Shown: piece after piece, positions 1-13,525 of the stretch | Numbering within the stretch: the stretch's first letter is position 1 | Layout of the letters: each line of letters begins with the position of its first letter | From: Camelus dromedarius | Lineage: Eukaryota | Reading direction: 5' to 3' | Assembly (NCBI RefSeq): GCF_036321535.1 | Contig: NC_087447.1 | Coordinates: forward strand, 46,688,001-46,752,000 | Length of the DNA: 64,000 nucleotides | Notes under the pieces: generated by a model | What the model saw: only the letters and a program-made list of their open reading frames with translations | Told to the model about the DNA's origin: nothing | Database searches by the model: none | Program-made: the position numbers and the translations under genes

Positions 1-83
1 CTATTCCATTGCATTCTGTGGTCTTTAAAAAGTGATAATTTTTTCTTCTTTCCAGCTTTCTGAAGCAAAGACTCATTTTGAAG

Positions 84-159
84 ATGTTTAATAAGTCATT
101 TGGAACACCCTTTGGGGGTGGCACAGGTGGTTTTGGCACAACTTCAACATTTGGACAGA
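84..159 (+). CDS. NUP98: NUP98 exon 2 coding part (exon starts at 56; ATG at 84)
   Basis: ttttcttctttccag acceptor, AAGATGT start, MFNKSFGTPFGGGTGGFGTTSTFGQ, donor A|gtaagt. Confidence 0.97.
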
Positions 160-939
160 GTAAGTTTTAAAAAATAACAAAAGAGAGAAAAATCTTAAGC
201 TATTGTTATTAAGAACAAATCCAGTTCAGAAGCTTTAGATAGGAATTAATTCATACTTTGGTCTTCATAATAAAATCTCTTTGAAAAATGACCAGCATAA
301 GATCTTGTTAAAATTGTCTAAAGAAGTAGAAATTTTTAAAGTTCTCAGTTTTCATGGTTTTCTGATCATCGGTAGAAAGTACTTAAAGTGTATTTATTAA
401 TTGGTTCTTTTAGCAGAAAATTATAATTTGTTATTATATTTTAGACCAGGAAATACTTTTTTACTATTGAAGTCTAAAATGCAGTTGTTGAATAACTTCT
501 CCAAGATTTGCTCCGTGAATAAGAAACAGAACTGTTAGAAAGTCAAAGTCCCTGAATCCCACCAGCCCTCCTGAGATCCACTTCCCCTTCCACTGAGTAT
601 TATACATGACACTGGTTGCCTATAGTAACCCTTATTCACTTACTTTTAAACTTTTAACAGAAAGTTTATACCTACACAAAAGTAGAAAGAATGATATGAA
701 CTCTCATGTACTTATCTCCCAGCTTCAGCAGTCTGTATTTTCCCATCTTGTTTTTATCCCTCTTTTTAAGGGGAGAAGAGCATCTGAACAGAGTATTTTA
801 AGGCAAATCCCAGAAACTTTCTCTGATGAAGGTTTTTAAAAAACCTAACTACCAAACCTCAGTCATTCTGAACAAAAATAATAGAGGAAAATTTTGCAAG
901 TGTCTCCTGACCTCCTTTTATACTATTCTGTATGTCTAG

Positions 940-1115
940 GTCCTTGATTTTTAACCAAGAATGTGTTTCAGAGCCACTTGGAGGTTTTTTTCCAAAGTAC
1001 ATGTTTCTCATCATGGAACTATAGAATTAGAATCACTGGGGTTGGAACTTGAACATGTGTATTTTGAAAAACTTGCCAGGTCATTCTGATGTGCTCTTCT
1101 AATTAAGGACCATTC
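940..1115. mobile_element. Degenerate MER5-like hAT DNA transposon fragment
   Basis: ttagaatcactggggttggaac...tgtattttgaaaaacttgccaggtcattctgatg resembles the MER5 core (recall); boundaries approximate. Confidence 0.5.
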
Positions 1116-1475
1116 ATTCCAGTGACTGGGTCTGGAGAAAATTTTAACACTTTACTTTTGAAATTTTGTTTTTTGTCTGTGGCTCATAGTACCTAATTAA
1201 CTTGGCACTTTTTTTTTTTAAGCCTAGCAACATCTTTAACTTACTGAAAAGTCTTTAATCTTTTTTGCTTTTAGTTTCCTTACTTCACGTGGGACAGTGA
1301 AGAAAATATCTGTGGCATAATTTTAACTCTAATAAGTAGTCTTACGGAATTTTTAAAAAGTAGTTTTCAGATTAGTGATCCTATTCAAATACAGAATGTT
1401 AAGAAATATTAAAGTACTCTTTTGTCAGGTCACCTGACTTAGATTTTATTCTGACCCTGGATTTTGCTTTATCAG

Positions 1476-1577
1476 ATACTGGATTTGGCACTACTAGTGG
1501 AGGGGCATTTGGAACATCTGCATTTGGTTCTAGCAACAATACTGGAGGTCTGTTTGGAAATTCACAGACCAAACCAG
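1476..1577 (+). CDS. NUP98: NUP98 exon 3 (FG repeats)
   Basis: atcag| TGFGTTSGGAFGTSAFGSSNNTGGLFGNSQTKP |gtaggg; 102 nt. Confidence 0.96.
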
Positions 1578-1683
1578 GTAGGGACTTTATTTGGAATACA
1601 GTTGGTTTATTCATAGCTGGTATAGGACTTCACTTAGTGATTCCAATCTGTTTAACTGTTTTTTCCCCTCTCCATCTCTCCAG

Positions 1684-1860
1684 GAGGATTATTTGGTACC
1701 AATTCATTTAGCCAGCCAGCTACCTCCACAAGCACTGGCTTTGGGTTTGGCACATCAACAGGAACATCAAACAGCTTGTTTGGAACTGCAAGCACAGGGA
1801 CCAGTCTTTTCTCATCCCAAAACAATGCCTTTGCACAAAATAAACCAACAGGTTTTGGGA
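1684..1860 (+). CDS. NUP98: NUP98 exon 4 (FG repeats)
   Basis: ctctccag| GLFGTNSFSQPATSTSTGFGFG...QNKPTGFG |gtaagt; 177 nt. Confidence 0.96.
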
Positions 1861-2734
1861 GTAAGTAGACTATCATTGGACTTCTGCATCAAACAATTTG
1901 ATTTGCTTATTGAATGTGTTCTCTCTTCTTTTCCCCGTGTTCACCCACCTCCTTTTTCCACCAGATAGCAAAAAGATAGGGAGAGGAAAACTTCAAAATG
2001 TATTGAAAAGTTTAGTAGGCTGGAAAGAAGCAGGGTATGTACATTTCTCCAAGACTGGTAATCTGAGGAGCACTGGTATTTAAGGGATATGCAGAGGAAG
2101 AGGTGCCTGATACAGAATGACCACAGAGAATGGAATGAAAAGCCAGGTCAGAGTAGTGTCATAGGTGTCAAGACAGGAGAATTTCAAGGATGAATGTGTA
2201 GTCAACCATAGTGTACTGCAAGGGCACCTTCTTGTCTCTGTTTCACATTCGGTTTTAAGAGACTAAAGCAGGAATGACAAATGCTGGATGTGACATGGTT
2301 ACTCCTCCATTCCTTGTCCATGGCAGGTGTTTTTAATTGATGGCTTCTTTCTCTTTAAGTCTGAATGTGGCCTTGGTTTACTTCTCCACACAGTACTTTG
2401 ACACAACCATTACTAGTTGCACAGGTGTGCCCTGTGAGTTGATGCCATTCCCAGCATGAGTGTGACAGAATGAGTAAGTTAGCCAGCTATCAGTATTTTA
2501 CAAAAGGGAAGTTGCTTGAGGGAGTGTTGAAATATTTAACCATGACAATATAAAAGGCAATTTAAAATACTAATTCAAAAGAGATGTGCCTGTTTAAACT
2601 ATGTATTAGAACATGTTTTTAGAAAAGAAATAGTTTGCCAGTGAGAAATCACATTCCTCTTGACTTGTTAATTATGATGGCACTTAATATTAAATATTGG
2701 CAGATAACTTTGTATTGCTTACTGATATTTCTGG

Positions 2735-2737
<3 letters not shown>

Positions 2738-2768
<31 letters not shown>
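2738..2768. repeat. (TA)n microsatellite
   Basis: uninterrupted tatata... run of about 15 units. Confidence 0.95.
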
Positions 2769-3245
2769 CTTCTTTAGAAGTAATATCTTATATTAAAAAA
2801 ATACATTCTTTTTATAGCAGTTAAATTCTCTTTTATGTAATTTTTAAAAACTCATATATAAATAAAATGTACTATGACCCCTGTTCAAGTTTGTTGTGGT
2901 AAGATGTTTTTAGAAAGACAAGTTCATTCAGCAACTGGTCTTACCAAGAGAAATGAGATAAAATGTATGATGAAACAAGCTTTCAGCTTGTCTTCTAAGT
3001 ATGCCCAAGGACTTTATGGACACTTAGCTAACAAGGATTCAGGCTTTGTTTCACTTCAAAGTTGTGAGCATAGAACATGTGTGTCTATATCAGGTTATCT
3101 GTTTGAAGGTACTTGCTGGGAGATTTGAAAGATAGAAAATCTGAGGATTGAAAGTAATGCTTTAGTGCCACAGCCCAATTCCAAGATAGTTTACGATTCT
3201 TAAATTCTTTACTGTTACCATCCTGTTTTTCTTTCTAATTTATAG

Positions 3246-3385
3246 ATTTTGGAACAAGTACTAGCAGCGGAGGACTTTTTGGAACTACAAATACCACCTC
3301 CAATCCTTTTGGTAGCACATCTGGCTCCCTCTTTGGGCCAAGTAGTTTTACAGCTGCTCCTACTGGGACTACCATTAAGTTTAAC
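3246..3385 (+). CDS. NUP98: NUP98 exon 5
   Basis: ttatag| FGTSTSSGGLFGTTNTTSNPFG...PTGTTIKFN |gtaagt; 140 nt. Confidence 0.96.
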
Positions 3386-4690
3386 GTAAGTATTTTCTTC
3401 CAATCTTTGTGGAATGCATTTCTCTCTCATTTGTGTGTTTCTTTGCAGGACGAATCATAAAATTTCTCCTCTTCCCAGTTATGCACAGCTACTCTTCCTG
3501 AAAGATGTGTTAAGAACAAAATCTGTGAATAGTTGTATGGTAGACAGGAAAAGTCATGAATCATAAATCTAGATTATAATGTATATTTGAAGTATGCTCA
3601 GATCAATTAAATTTATATTCACAAGGTTGATTACAATAGCTAGTATAAGGTTGAACTTGTATTTACCGAGTTCATAATTGGCCTCTGAATGGTCAGCCAT
3701 TCTTTATAGAAATAAAGAAGGAATGTTTGGGCAAACTGTATAAAAATCACTGAAAATAGGGTTTCTTTAAGGAGATATATGGAATAACTCATCAATATTC
3801 TATGTGCCAGGTAGAAATAAAGCTTTATTGGTGAAATGGTAAAATGAGGCAGTAGAGCTCTGTGTTTTCTTCGGCTTTGTTTTGAGATAAGTTGGGTAGA
3901 AGGTTAGAATGAAAGATTTTCTTTATGAAAATATGTGGAATACCCCTTGATGTAAGATACCACTTATTGTGATTGATGCAGTTGCTTGGGAAATACTTAG
4001 GAGAGGCTGGCTGTATAGTTAGCCTTATGGAAATCTCTGGCAAAAATAGGGATTGGCAAAAGTTACTAAAACTTACTCTGGAAAATGAATAATTTCTTAG
4101 GCAAGGTGGTGAATTCATAGTACTGAATTTAAAATAAAGTCAAATGTAAGTGATAGTGAAAAATACTATGTGTTGTCTCTTGGAAAGTACAGTAATTGAG
4201 AAAACTGACAATATAAGTAGGAATCTTTACGGCCGTGCCTTTTGCCTCATAAGCTTGTATGGGGAAGAAAAAGGCTTCCATATTTCTTAAATGTAACAAT
4301 AGTTATAAAGCATACACTTCAGAGCAGAGTAGGAGGTAGAAATCAGAATTGAAGGTTTAAATGTATATATTGGATAAATTGGATAAAGTTTTCCTTATGC
4401 ATGTAATAAGCATATTTTAGTAGATAATTGGGTGGCTTGGTTATACAATTAATCTCTGGGTTTTTGATAACAATTACTGAGATTGACTTACGCAGATAAC
4501 TTTGATATAGGAAGAGATCAGAAGTGCAATGTTAATCGAGCTCTCTTGAAACCATCTTGTTTAGTAACTAAAGACCTAGGGAACTGGTTATAGAGTTTAG
4601 TGGTTGAATTGTGTCTGTGAGTAGGGCTATAAAGCTTGGACTTAAACATTTGCTTTAGACTTTCAGATTTGCCTTTGTCTTCCTTTGCAG

Positions 4691-4798
4691 CCTCCAACTG
4701 GTACAGATACTATGGTTAAAGCTGGAGTTAGCACTAACATCAGTACCAAGCACCAGTGTATTACTGCTATGAAGGAATATGAAAGCAAGTCACTAGAG
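4691..4798 (+). CDS. NUP98: NUP98 exon 6 (GLEBS/RAE1-binding segment)
   Basis: ctttgcag| PPTGTDTMVKAGVSTNISTKHQCITAMKEYESKSLE |gtcagt; 108 nt. Confidence 0.97.
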
Positions 4799-5846
4799 GT
4801 CAGTAAAATGCAAAACAGAGTATCACCCTAACCTTTTGATTCTGTTGGAAAGCAGCTTAAAAATTTTTTTAAATTATTTTTTAGGATTTATATAAGAAAC
4901 TAACATTAACTGAATTACTTTTTAAATTAATATTAAATCTATTGTTTTAAGCAGGGATGATACTCATCTTGTACATACCAGTACAGTTCTAGTCTGTTCT
5001 GATTGGATGTTGCTCATACTGTTATTGGCAATGTATGCATGTATGTGTGTGCATACATCTGTTTTTAGTAAGCTTAAGTTTTCCTTAAGTGAACCACACC
5101 CGTGTAACCAGGATCCAAATCAAGACACAGAGCATTACCAGCATCCCTGATGTCCCCCTTGGGCCCTGCTCCCCTACTTCCAGTCCTCCCCTTCCAAAGG
5201 TAGCCATTATCCTGACTGCCTGTGTTTTGTCCATTTTTGAACTTTATAATAGATGGAATCTTATATCATGTCTGTCTTTCAGCACTGTGAGGTTTATCCA
5301 TGTTGCATGAAGTTGTAGGTTGTTCATTATCATTGCTATGTGATAGTCTGTTGTACATTTTGACTGCCATCTCTGATTGTAGCTGTTGCTTCTTCTACAT
5401 CCCAAACTGCTTTTTTTGAGTATACAGAAATGCACTGACCTGTAAGACAAAACTGTTGAAACTTTATCCCTTCTTTTCCTAAGTTTTCTGAATTCCTCTG
5501 AATCCTCCATCTTTTAATTAGCTAATCTTTACATTTGGGGTGGCAATAGACTATTAGATTATTGTGTAAAAGAAAGTATTATTGTCTATAAAAGAAAATT
5601 GAAATTAAGATGTGGTTGGTCCTTTGGCCTGTAGTTTTATGGCAATTATGGTATGGATTTTAATGTCCATTATACACTATTGAAAATGTTTTTCTATAAT
5701 GATACTGTTAACATTCTGTAGTGTTCTGTTTTTTAGTTATGGTTCCTATGTGAACATAGAAATTGAACACAAAACTCAAGTATTTAGTCTCCTAAGTAAT
5801 TTTTGTGGCTGCATATTAATTTGGAATATGTCTTCCCTCACTCTAG

Positions 5847-6027
5847 GAACTTCGTTTAGAGGATTATCAGGCCAACCGGAAAGGCCCGCAGAACCAGGTG
5901 GGAGCAGGTACCGCGACTGGCTTATTTGGGTCTTCTCCCGCCACCTCCAGTGCAGCAGGACTCTTCAGCTCTTCCACCACGAATTCAGGTTTTGCATATG
6001 GTCAGAACAAAACAGCCTTTGGAACTA
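5847..6027 (+). CDS. NUP98: NUP98 exon 7 (end of GLEBS, FG repeats)
   Basis: ctctag| ELRLEDYQANRKGPQNQVGAGTATGLFG...KTAFGT |gtaagc; 181 nt. Confidence 0.97.
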
Positions 6028-6129
6028 GTAAGCACTTGACATTATATTGGGCCATGTTGAGAAGGGACAGACAAGTAAAAATGTATTTGTCATTTTAGGA
6101 TTAAGTGCTATGGAGAAAAGTGATTCAGG

Positions 6130-6710
6130 GATGCTGAAGGAGTAGGGAATGCCTGGTATATATGTGAAGAGAAATAGAATTTTACATATGGTTAAGAAGG
6201 ACTTCATTAATAGGTGGCATTTGAGCAGTGACCTGCAGAAGGTGAAGGATAAAGCTGTACAGATTTCTAGGGGAAGAACATTCCAGCTAGTGGAAACTAG
6301 AAGTCTAAAAATCCTGAGTTTATGCCAAAGAGGAGAGGACAAGGGGAAGTACTAGAGGATATAGGAACACTGTATTTTATAGGACTTTGTGAGCCAGTGT
6401 CAATATTTGAATTTTTATTTCATTTGGGAAGCCATTAGAGGGTGTAGAAAGAAAAGTCATGTGATTATCTATAAAGGATCATTCAAAAGATTGGTATATT
6501 AAGAGTAGATTGTAAGGAAGCAAGAGTGGAAACAAATCAGCAGTTGCCCTATCCACATGAGAGATGTTGGTGGCTTGGATTAGAATAGTGCTATGGAGAT
6601 GGTAAAAAAATGTCAGATTCTGGACCTAGTTTGAATGTTTGAATTCAGTTTGAATTGTTGGATTGATTTGATATAGGATGTGGAAGAAGAAAGTCTAGGA
6701 TGATTACTAA
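6130..6710 (-). mobile_element. Old LINE2 fragment
   Basis: purine-rich L2-type phrases (catttgagcagtgacctg, ggaagaacattccag, gggaagccattagaggg, ggtggcttggattagaatagt); boundaries approximate. Confidence 0.65.
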
Positions 6711-7382
6711 ATTACTTCATAAAAATACTACTTTTGCAAAGGTAATACATATATGTGGTATAAAGTTCATGAAACACAAAAAAAGTAGGTAACTGAGGGT
6801 CTTTTCTTTTTTTCCCCTAGCCACCAGTTTGCCTCTGTAGAAATAAGCAAAAGTTAGATTTTTTTGGTAGCCTCTATAGAGATATATATACACACACAAA
6901 TACACAAATGAATACATATTTAAGTGGCATTTATATTCTTTTCAGTTTTGGTATTCTGTGATTTAGTTTAGCCACGTATTCATTATTAAGTATCATTATT
7001 GTTCCATACTCTATGCTGGATATATTGTTATGAAGAGAAAGCCGTTGTTCTCAAGAAAATTTAATCTAACAAGGTTAAAATATACACATAGACTCTAAGT
7101 GCAGTGTGGTATCTTGTAAAATAGACAAAAGCTATGGGCTCACAAAGGAAGATTACTTAGCCCAGCCGGGATTCTTGGGGTCAGAGTCTTAGTGTAGGAA
7201 CTGGGTGAAGAGTTGGGTGAAGAATGGAAAAGGAAGTGATTATCCAGTTTGAGTAGTGAATAAATGTAGGGTAAGTGAGATATTTAATCAGTAACATAGA
7301 CTATTGCAGTATCTAGATAATGTGAGGTTTGTTGGGTATTTTTCTCCGATTTATTTTTCCTTTTCTTCATTCTTCTTGAAAG

Positions 7383-7546
7383 GTACGACTGGATTTGGAA
7401 CAAATCCAGGTGGTCTCTTTGGCCAACAAAATCAGCAGACTACCAGCCTCTTCAGCAAACCATTTGGCCAGGCCACAACCACCCAGACCACTGGCTTTTC
7501 CTTTGGTAATACTAGCACACTAGGACAGCCAAGCACCAACACCATG
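7383..7546 (+). CDS. NUP98: NUP98 exon 8 (GLFG repeats)
   Basis: ttgaaag| TTGFGTNPGGLFGQQNQQTTSLFSKPFG...QPSTNTM |gtaagg; 164 nt. Confidence 0.96.
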
Positions 7547-8179
7547 GTAAGGAAACAGGCCTTATTTGTAGACTTAAGGCTTCTAATCACGTCAGACTCA
7601 CAAGTTCTATCGCTACTGCAGTTCTGAAGGGTTGACAGTATGTAAAGAGAAGAGGACAAAATCTTCGAATAATTAAGACATAGATTCCAGTCCAGGCTCT
7701 ACTCTGTGTTCAATGAGAAGCTGCTAAACAAGTCACTTACCCCTTCTGAGCATGTTTTCTTAACACTAAGAGCTGCTTAGTGTCCTTGAATTAGCCATCC
7801 TGAAGCTATAACTTATGACATTGACTCCAGCCCTCCAATAGAGTATAGGAGAAAATATTTATAAACTACAGGCTACATTTCAGAATGTTCTTTCCGCTCA
7901 TTCTCTTAAGCAGAGTCAAGCAAAGAAGTTTAATTCATTAAAATAAAGAAGGGAGAGCTAATATTCATAGTCATATTGGATAATTACTACTTCTGTCCAG
8001 ATAATAAAAGATAAAGTGTTTACAATCATTACCAGTTTATTTTTAGGGACTCTTTTAGGGAAGTATAAAATTAAAGATTAATTTGAGGTATGATTTATTG
8101 ATTGGAATACTTGGAATTTACTTGGTCTTACAATTAGTGATAGTTTGCCTGATTTAAAAAAAAACAAGTACAGATAGAC

Positions 8180-9790
8180 CCAAAATCTTCAAAAGGATTA
8201 TGCACTATGATCAAGTGGGATTTATCCTAGGAAGGTTGGTTCAACATATTTTCATATTAATGTAATAAACCATAAAATAAAGGACAAAAGCCATATTGTC
8301 ACCTCATTAGGGGCAGAAAAGATATTTGACAACATTTCATAATAAAAACACTCAACAAAGAATAGACGGGAATCCGGCAGAGCGAAAACAATCTTGAAAG
8401 AGAAGAAAGCTAGAGCACTTCTCAATTTTAAAACGTACTATAAAGCAGTAGTAATGAAGACAGTGTGGTACTAGCATAAGGTAGTACTGCACATAAATCG
8501 GGAATACAAGTGAGAGTCCAGAAACAAATCCTCACAGTTAATTGACTTTCAGCAAGAGTACTAAAACAGCTCAGTAGGGAAAGAATAATCTTTTCAACAA
8601 ATGGTGTTGGGGTAATGATTTTCCACATGCAGAAGAGAATGAGAATCTTTTCTTCACACAATTGTGGTAAATATAAAAGTTAACTCAAAATGGATCAAAT
8701 GTTTAAATGTAGAGGTGAAACTAAAACTCAGAGGAAGAGGAGTTAGGCAATGATTTTTTAAATAATACCCCGAAAGTAAAAGCAGCAAAAGGAAAAAAAT
8801 AAAACTTCTTCGAAATTAAAATTTTTTGTGAGTTAAAGCAAAAAAAATACCCACAGATGAGAGAAAATGTTTGCAAGTCATATATCTCATAAAGGACTTG
8901 TGTCCAGAACAACAAAGAACTCTTAAGATTCAATAATAGGCCATTAAAAAAAATGGACCAAAGACTTGAGTAGACATTTTTCCAAAGAAGATACACAAAT
9001 GGCTAATAAGTGTATGAAAAGATACTCAATATCAGTAAGTAGGGAAATGCATATCAAAATGGCAGTGAGGTATCACTTCATATCCACAGTAGGAAGGCTA
9101 TAAACAAGAAAATATGTATATATCTACATATATCGTATAAACATAATGAGTGTTTTCAAGAATTTGGAGAAATTGGAACCATCATGCATTGCTGACAGGG
9201 ATATAAAATAGTGCAACCACTTTGGAAAAACAGTTTGGTGGTTCCTCAAAATGTTAAGTATAGAGTTACCATATAACCCAGCAATTGCACACCTGATATT
9301 TCCCTAAGAAAAATGAAAACACAAGCACTTATACACAACCGAGCGTAACCAAAAGGTAGAAACAACCCATATGTCCATCAGTGATGAATGGATAAACAAA
9401 TGTGGCATACCCATATAGTGGAATATTATTCAGCTATAGAATGGAATGAAGTACTGATACATGCTATAATATGGATGGACCTTTTAAACATGTTAAGTGA
9501 AAGAAGCCATTCACAAAAGACCACATTTTGTATAATTCCATTCATATGAAATGATTAGAATGGACAAATGTATAGAAACAGAAAGTAGATTAGTGGTTGG
9601 TTGCGTAGGGATGGGGAGTGACTGCTGATGAGCTTAGAGATTCTTTTTAGAGTGATAAAAATGTTCTAAATTTGGAGAGTGGGCATGGTTGCACAATGCT
9701 GAACATAGAAAAAACCCACTGAATAGTCCACTTCAAATAGATAAATTTTATGATATGTGAATTATGTCTCAGTAAAGCTGTTTTAAAACA
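8180..9790 (+). mobile_element. Decayed LINE-1 (L1M-type) ORF2 3' part and 3' UTR
   Basis: gatcaagtgggatttatcc, agacatttttccaaagaagatacacaaatggctaataag, gatgaatggataaacaaatgtgg, ends agtaaagctgttttaaaa; many stops/indels. Confidence 0.9.
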
Positions 9791-10425
9791 CCATGTTGAA
9801 TTTTCAGTTCAGCTGTAGTTCATGAGTGCAATATTTTTCTTTTGTTGACTAATGCATAAAAAATCTTCTTAGACAATGGATGATACAAACTTTGCTTATT
9901 TGGAATGTGTGTACTTTCTCGTAACGAATGAAGACTTTTTAACATTATGTTGCTGCCTCTGTCCAAATTAATATGACTATTTTCAGTTATTTGATTCAAA
10001 ATCCATTTCCCAGCTCAGTATTAATAAGTTCTTTTGGCATAACTCTCTGAAAATGAAGCACCCTGTCATGCCTTTTTGTTTTCAGGGTAGCATCCCTATT
10101 ACCTTGTAGAGCACAAGAGTTAGTGTAAAGTCTTTATAGCTGTCCACGACCTTGGAACTCATCAGACTTAGATATAGATATGAATTTTTGGTCCTGCCAA
10201 TCAGGAGCTCTGACATCTTCAGCAAGTTTTTAACTGCTCTGAGCTTTATTTTCTTTTGGAAAATGGCTGTTTTTCAGGGTTGTTGTGAAGAAATGTCCTA
10301 TGTAAAATATTTAGCATAATGTGTCACATGAACTTGGAAAAATGGCATCTATTATTATTAATCTAAGGTTTTTAATGACAGTTGACTATTGTAGGATATC
10401 TTGTAATCTAGATTACCTTTTGCAG

Positions 10426-10563
10426 GGTTTATTTGGAGTAACCCAAGCCTCACAGCCAGGAGGTCTTTTTGGGACAGCCACAAACACCAGCACGGGGACA
10501 GCATTTGGAACAGGAACAGGTCTCTTTGGGCAGACCAATACTGGATTTGGTGCTGTTGGTTCG
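10426..10563 (+). CDS. NUP98: NUP98 exon 9 (GLFG repeats)
   Basis: ttttgcag| GLFGVTQASQPGGLFGTATNTSTGTAFG...GFGAVGS |gtaggt; 138 nt. Confidence 0.96.
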
Positions 10564-11211
10564 GTAGGTTGTTACAGTTGACTGTAATTTGAAGATGTGT
10601 ATAAATCTGTTAGAGGAATTTCTAAGAAAAATCTGACTGTCTTTTAAGTATTTTTAAACTTCCTTGCCTCAATACTTGTGTGCAGTTTTCTTCTGATAGC
10701 AAAATGTCACTCCAGTTGGTTAGTTTAAATTGTCAAGTCTAAATTGAGATGCTTTTGCTCTTAAAATCAGATAATTTTTAATTCCTATTTCTAACTTCTA
10801 TTTTGGGTGATGAGTTGGTTTGATATTTGTGAATTAAATAGTTTTGGTGGTGATCATGTTGTTAAAATTGTTGGTATTCTCAAGATTTTGATGCTCCTGG
10901 ACACTTCACTGAAATTTTTCTTTAAGTCATTTAAGTTAAAAAAAATTACTATTTAGGAATGTACTTGACCTAAAAATAATAGTAACTTCTGTACTACCAC
11001 TTAAAGAAACTATATGAAAATCATTACAAAACAGCCAGTTTGTTTTATGTACCCACTGTAGCAAGCTTTGAACTGTAGTTTAAAGAAAAAGTCCCCAAAT
11101 TGTGTGGTTGTTTTTGTGGAGATTTAAATCTGTTATTTCTTAATTTTGTTTGGGCAGCTAATTGAGATGAGACATTGAGAAAATTATATAATGCTACAGA
11201 AAGTTCTTGTT

Positions 11212-11530
11212 TTTTTTAACAACTTTATGGGATATAATCTACTTGCCATAAAATTCGCCCTTTTAAAGTTTAAAATTCAGTGATTTTTAACATGTTCACA
11301 GATTGTGCAACTTTCACCACAGTCAATTTTAGAACATATTTGTTACCATAAAAAGAAACCTCGTCCCCATTAATAGTCACTTCTCATTTTCCCTCAGAGT
11401 CACCTCAGGCCTACTGTCTATTGATTTAACCTATTATGGACATTTCGTATAAATAGAATCACATCTTTTGTGATTGATTTCTTTCACTTAGCATAATGTT
11501 TTGACGGTTCATCCATGTTGTAGCATGTTT
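11212..11530 (-). mobile_element. L1M 3' UTR fragment
   Basis: ttctttcacttagcataatgttttgacggttcatccatgttgtagcatg typical antisense L1M 3' end. Confidence 0.8.
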
Positions 11531-11885
11531 AAATTTTATTTTAACTGTTTATGCTGGCAAATTAAATGCATGATAAACATTTCTGTTACCAGGTAAAAAA
11601 ATACTTGATTACCTTATTATTTTCTTCACTGAAATGTTATGTTTGCTGAGGGGTTACTGTCAACTTCTCAGGCTAGGAGCATTCTGTGTATGGTTACTCT
11701 TACTCAGATTAGTATATTTTTCTGATAGCTGTTACTCATCTTCATTCATACCTTTTTCATAAAACTTATGGTGTCTTCTCTCCCTTACCCCACACCCAGT
11801 CCAGTATACCTGAGGTAACCTCTGTTTACTGTTTAGGGTGTATCTTTATACTACTTAAAATTTTCCTGTATTGTGTTCTTTTTAG

Positions 11886-12024
11886 ACCCTGTTTGGCAAT
11901 AACAAGCTTACTTCATTTGGAACCAGCACAACCAGTGCTCCTTCATTTGGTACAACCAGTGGCGGGCTCTTTGGTAACAAACCAACCCTGACTTTAGGAA
12001 CCAATACAAACACTTCCAATTTTG
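11886..12024 (+). CDS. NUP98: NUP98 exon 10; alternative donors after 11973 (short, 88 nt) and 12024 (long, +17 aa)
   Basis: tttttag| TLFGNNKLTSFGTSTTSAPSFGTTSGGLF(G)|gtaaca or continuing NKPTLTLGTNTNTSNF(G)|gtacat; both phase 1. Confidence 0.93.
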
Positions 12025-13229
12025 GTACATATAAAAAGCAGGTTTGACTCTCTTAAAGTTACACTGACTATACCACACATCATTCTCCTGATTCATATGA
12101 CTGGGAATATTTTTAAATTCTCAGGTAAGCTGTGGCTTGATGTGAGGTACCAGAAGGAAAGGTTTAAAATCAAGATCGTGGGTTGAGATGCCTGGAAGAG
12201 ATGTAAATTGCCTTAACTAATTTATATTCTCTTGACTGCCTACTTAGGATAAAATGAGGCATTCAGCACATGTAGCAGTAGTAGTACCTTACAGAATGTT
12301 GGTTCTCTAATGAAGATAGATTTCTTTCAAGATAAAAAACATCATTTTCTTTGGATTATCTCACCAGTAATTGAGAAACCATAAGTGAAACACATTTGGT
12401 TGAGATAACACATTCTTTTAGACCAGGTTTCAAACAGGGAAGTAGTGCACAGATAAGATTTATGATTCTTTTTTTAACTTTTTGTTTTTTGAGATTTGAT
12501 GATTTTCATTGAAAGTTGAAGCCTCTCTGATTTGGGGGTTTATTCAGCAGTTTTCCTATAGTTGCAAGTTTTAGTTTTGAATACATGCTCATTGGAAAAA
12601 AAATTGTAAAATACAGATAAGATTGAATAACAGAAAAACAAACTACTCTTCAGAGATATGCTGGAACATTTTTAATTCATTTACTAGAAACATTATTATA
12701 TTATTTTAATGTCTTTTATAACTACCTAAGTAAGTTTTTAAATAAATTCAACATAATGTGAGTTAAATCAGATATGAAAAGTTCCTTTTATTACCAAGGG
12801 AAATAGCAATTAAAATGTTTGTTAAGGATTTCATGTGCCAGACACATTATTAGGCTCTGCGTATCTAGTGGGAGTTGAGTACAAACATATGGTCATTTGC
12901 CATAGGTCAGCAGTTAATAGTTTTTCAGTGAGTTTTTGAGTGACCTTGTACTGGAGGAAGAGGCTACATTAAGCATTCTTTGGGTGGTTATATGTTTTCA
13001 TGGAAATATGAACTATGTGAAGGAGGTAGATAGGTCCTTGTCAGGTACCAATTCCTGAACTAATGTATTCAATTTGATTTTTATAATCCCTTTTGTTGTG
13101 TTGTTCATTCACTCCTAGTAATGATTATCATTCTATCTATAATTCTTTTTCGGCTCTACTCTGTGAAAGAATGGTTTTGAGGAAGTTGACTTGATTAGCA
13201 TGAATATCAATTTTGTGCACGTGTTTCTT

Positions 13230-13471
13230 TTTTCGTCTTTTTTTAATCAGTTTACAACGCTGTGCTGTGTCACTTTCTGGTATACAGCATAATGTTTCAG
13301 TCACACATATACATGCATATATTCCTTTTCATATTCTTTTTTCATTATGGGTTACTACAAGATATTGAATATAGTTCCCTGCGATATACAGTAAAAATTT
13401 ACTGTTTAATTATTTTATATGTAGTATTATCTGCAAATCTGAGACTCCTAATTTATCCCTTCCCACCCCCT
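13230..13471 (-). mobile_element. Young 5'-truncated L1 3' end with 14-bp TSD
   Basis: poly-T head; body shared with copies at 16037 and 30955; TSD tgcac(g/t)tgtttctt at 13216-13229 and 13472-13485. Confidence 0.85.
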
Positions 13472-13525
13472 TGCACTTGTTTCTTATTTATGAAATAAGA
13501 TGGGAAAGATACTTAAGGGTTAAAT

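Noticed and set aside
1399..1968. Overlapping/antisense ORFs over exons 3-4 (and similar ones over exons 5, 8, 12, 20)
   Set aside because: Shadow frames of low-complexity FG-repeat exons running into introns; no independent gene signals
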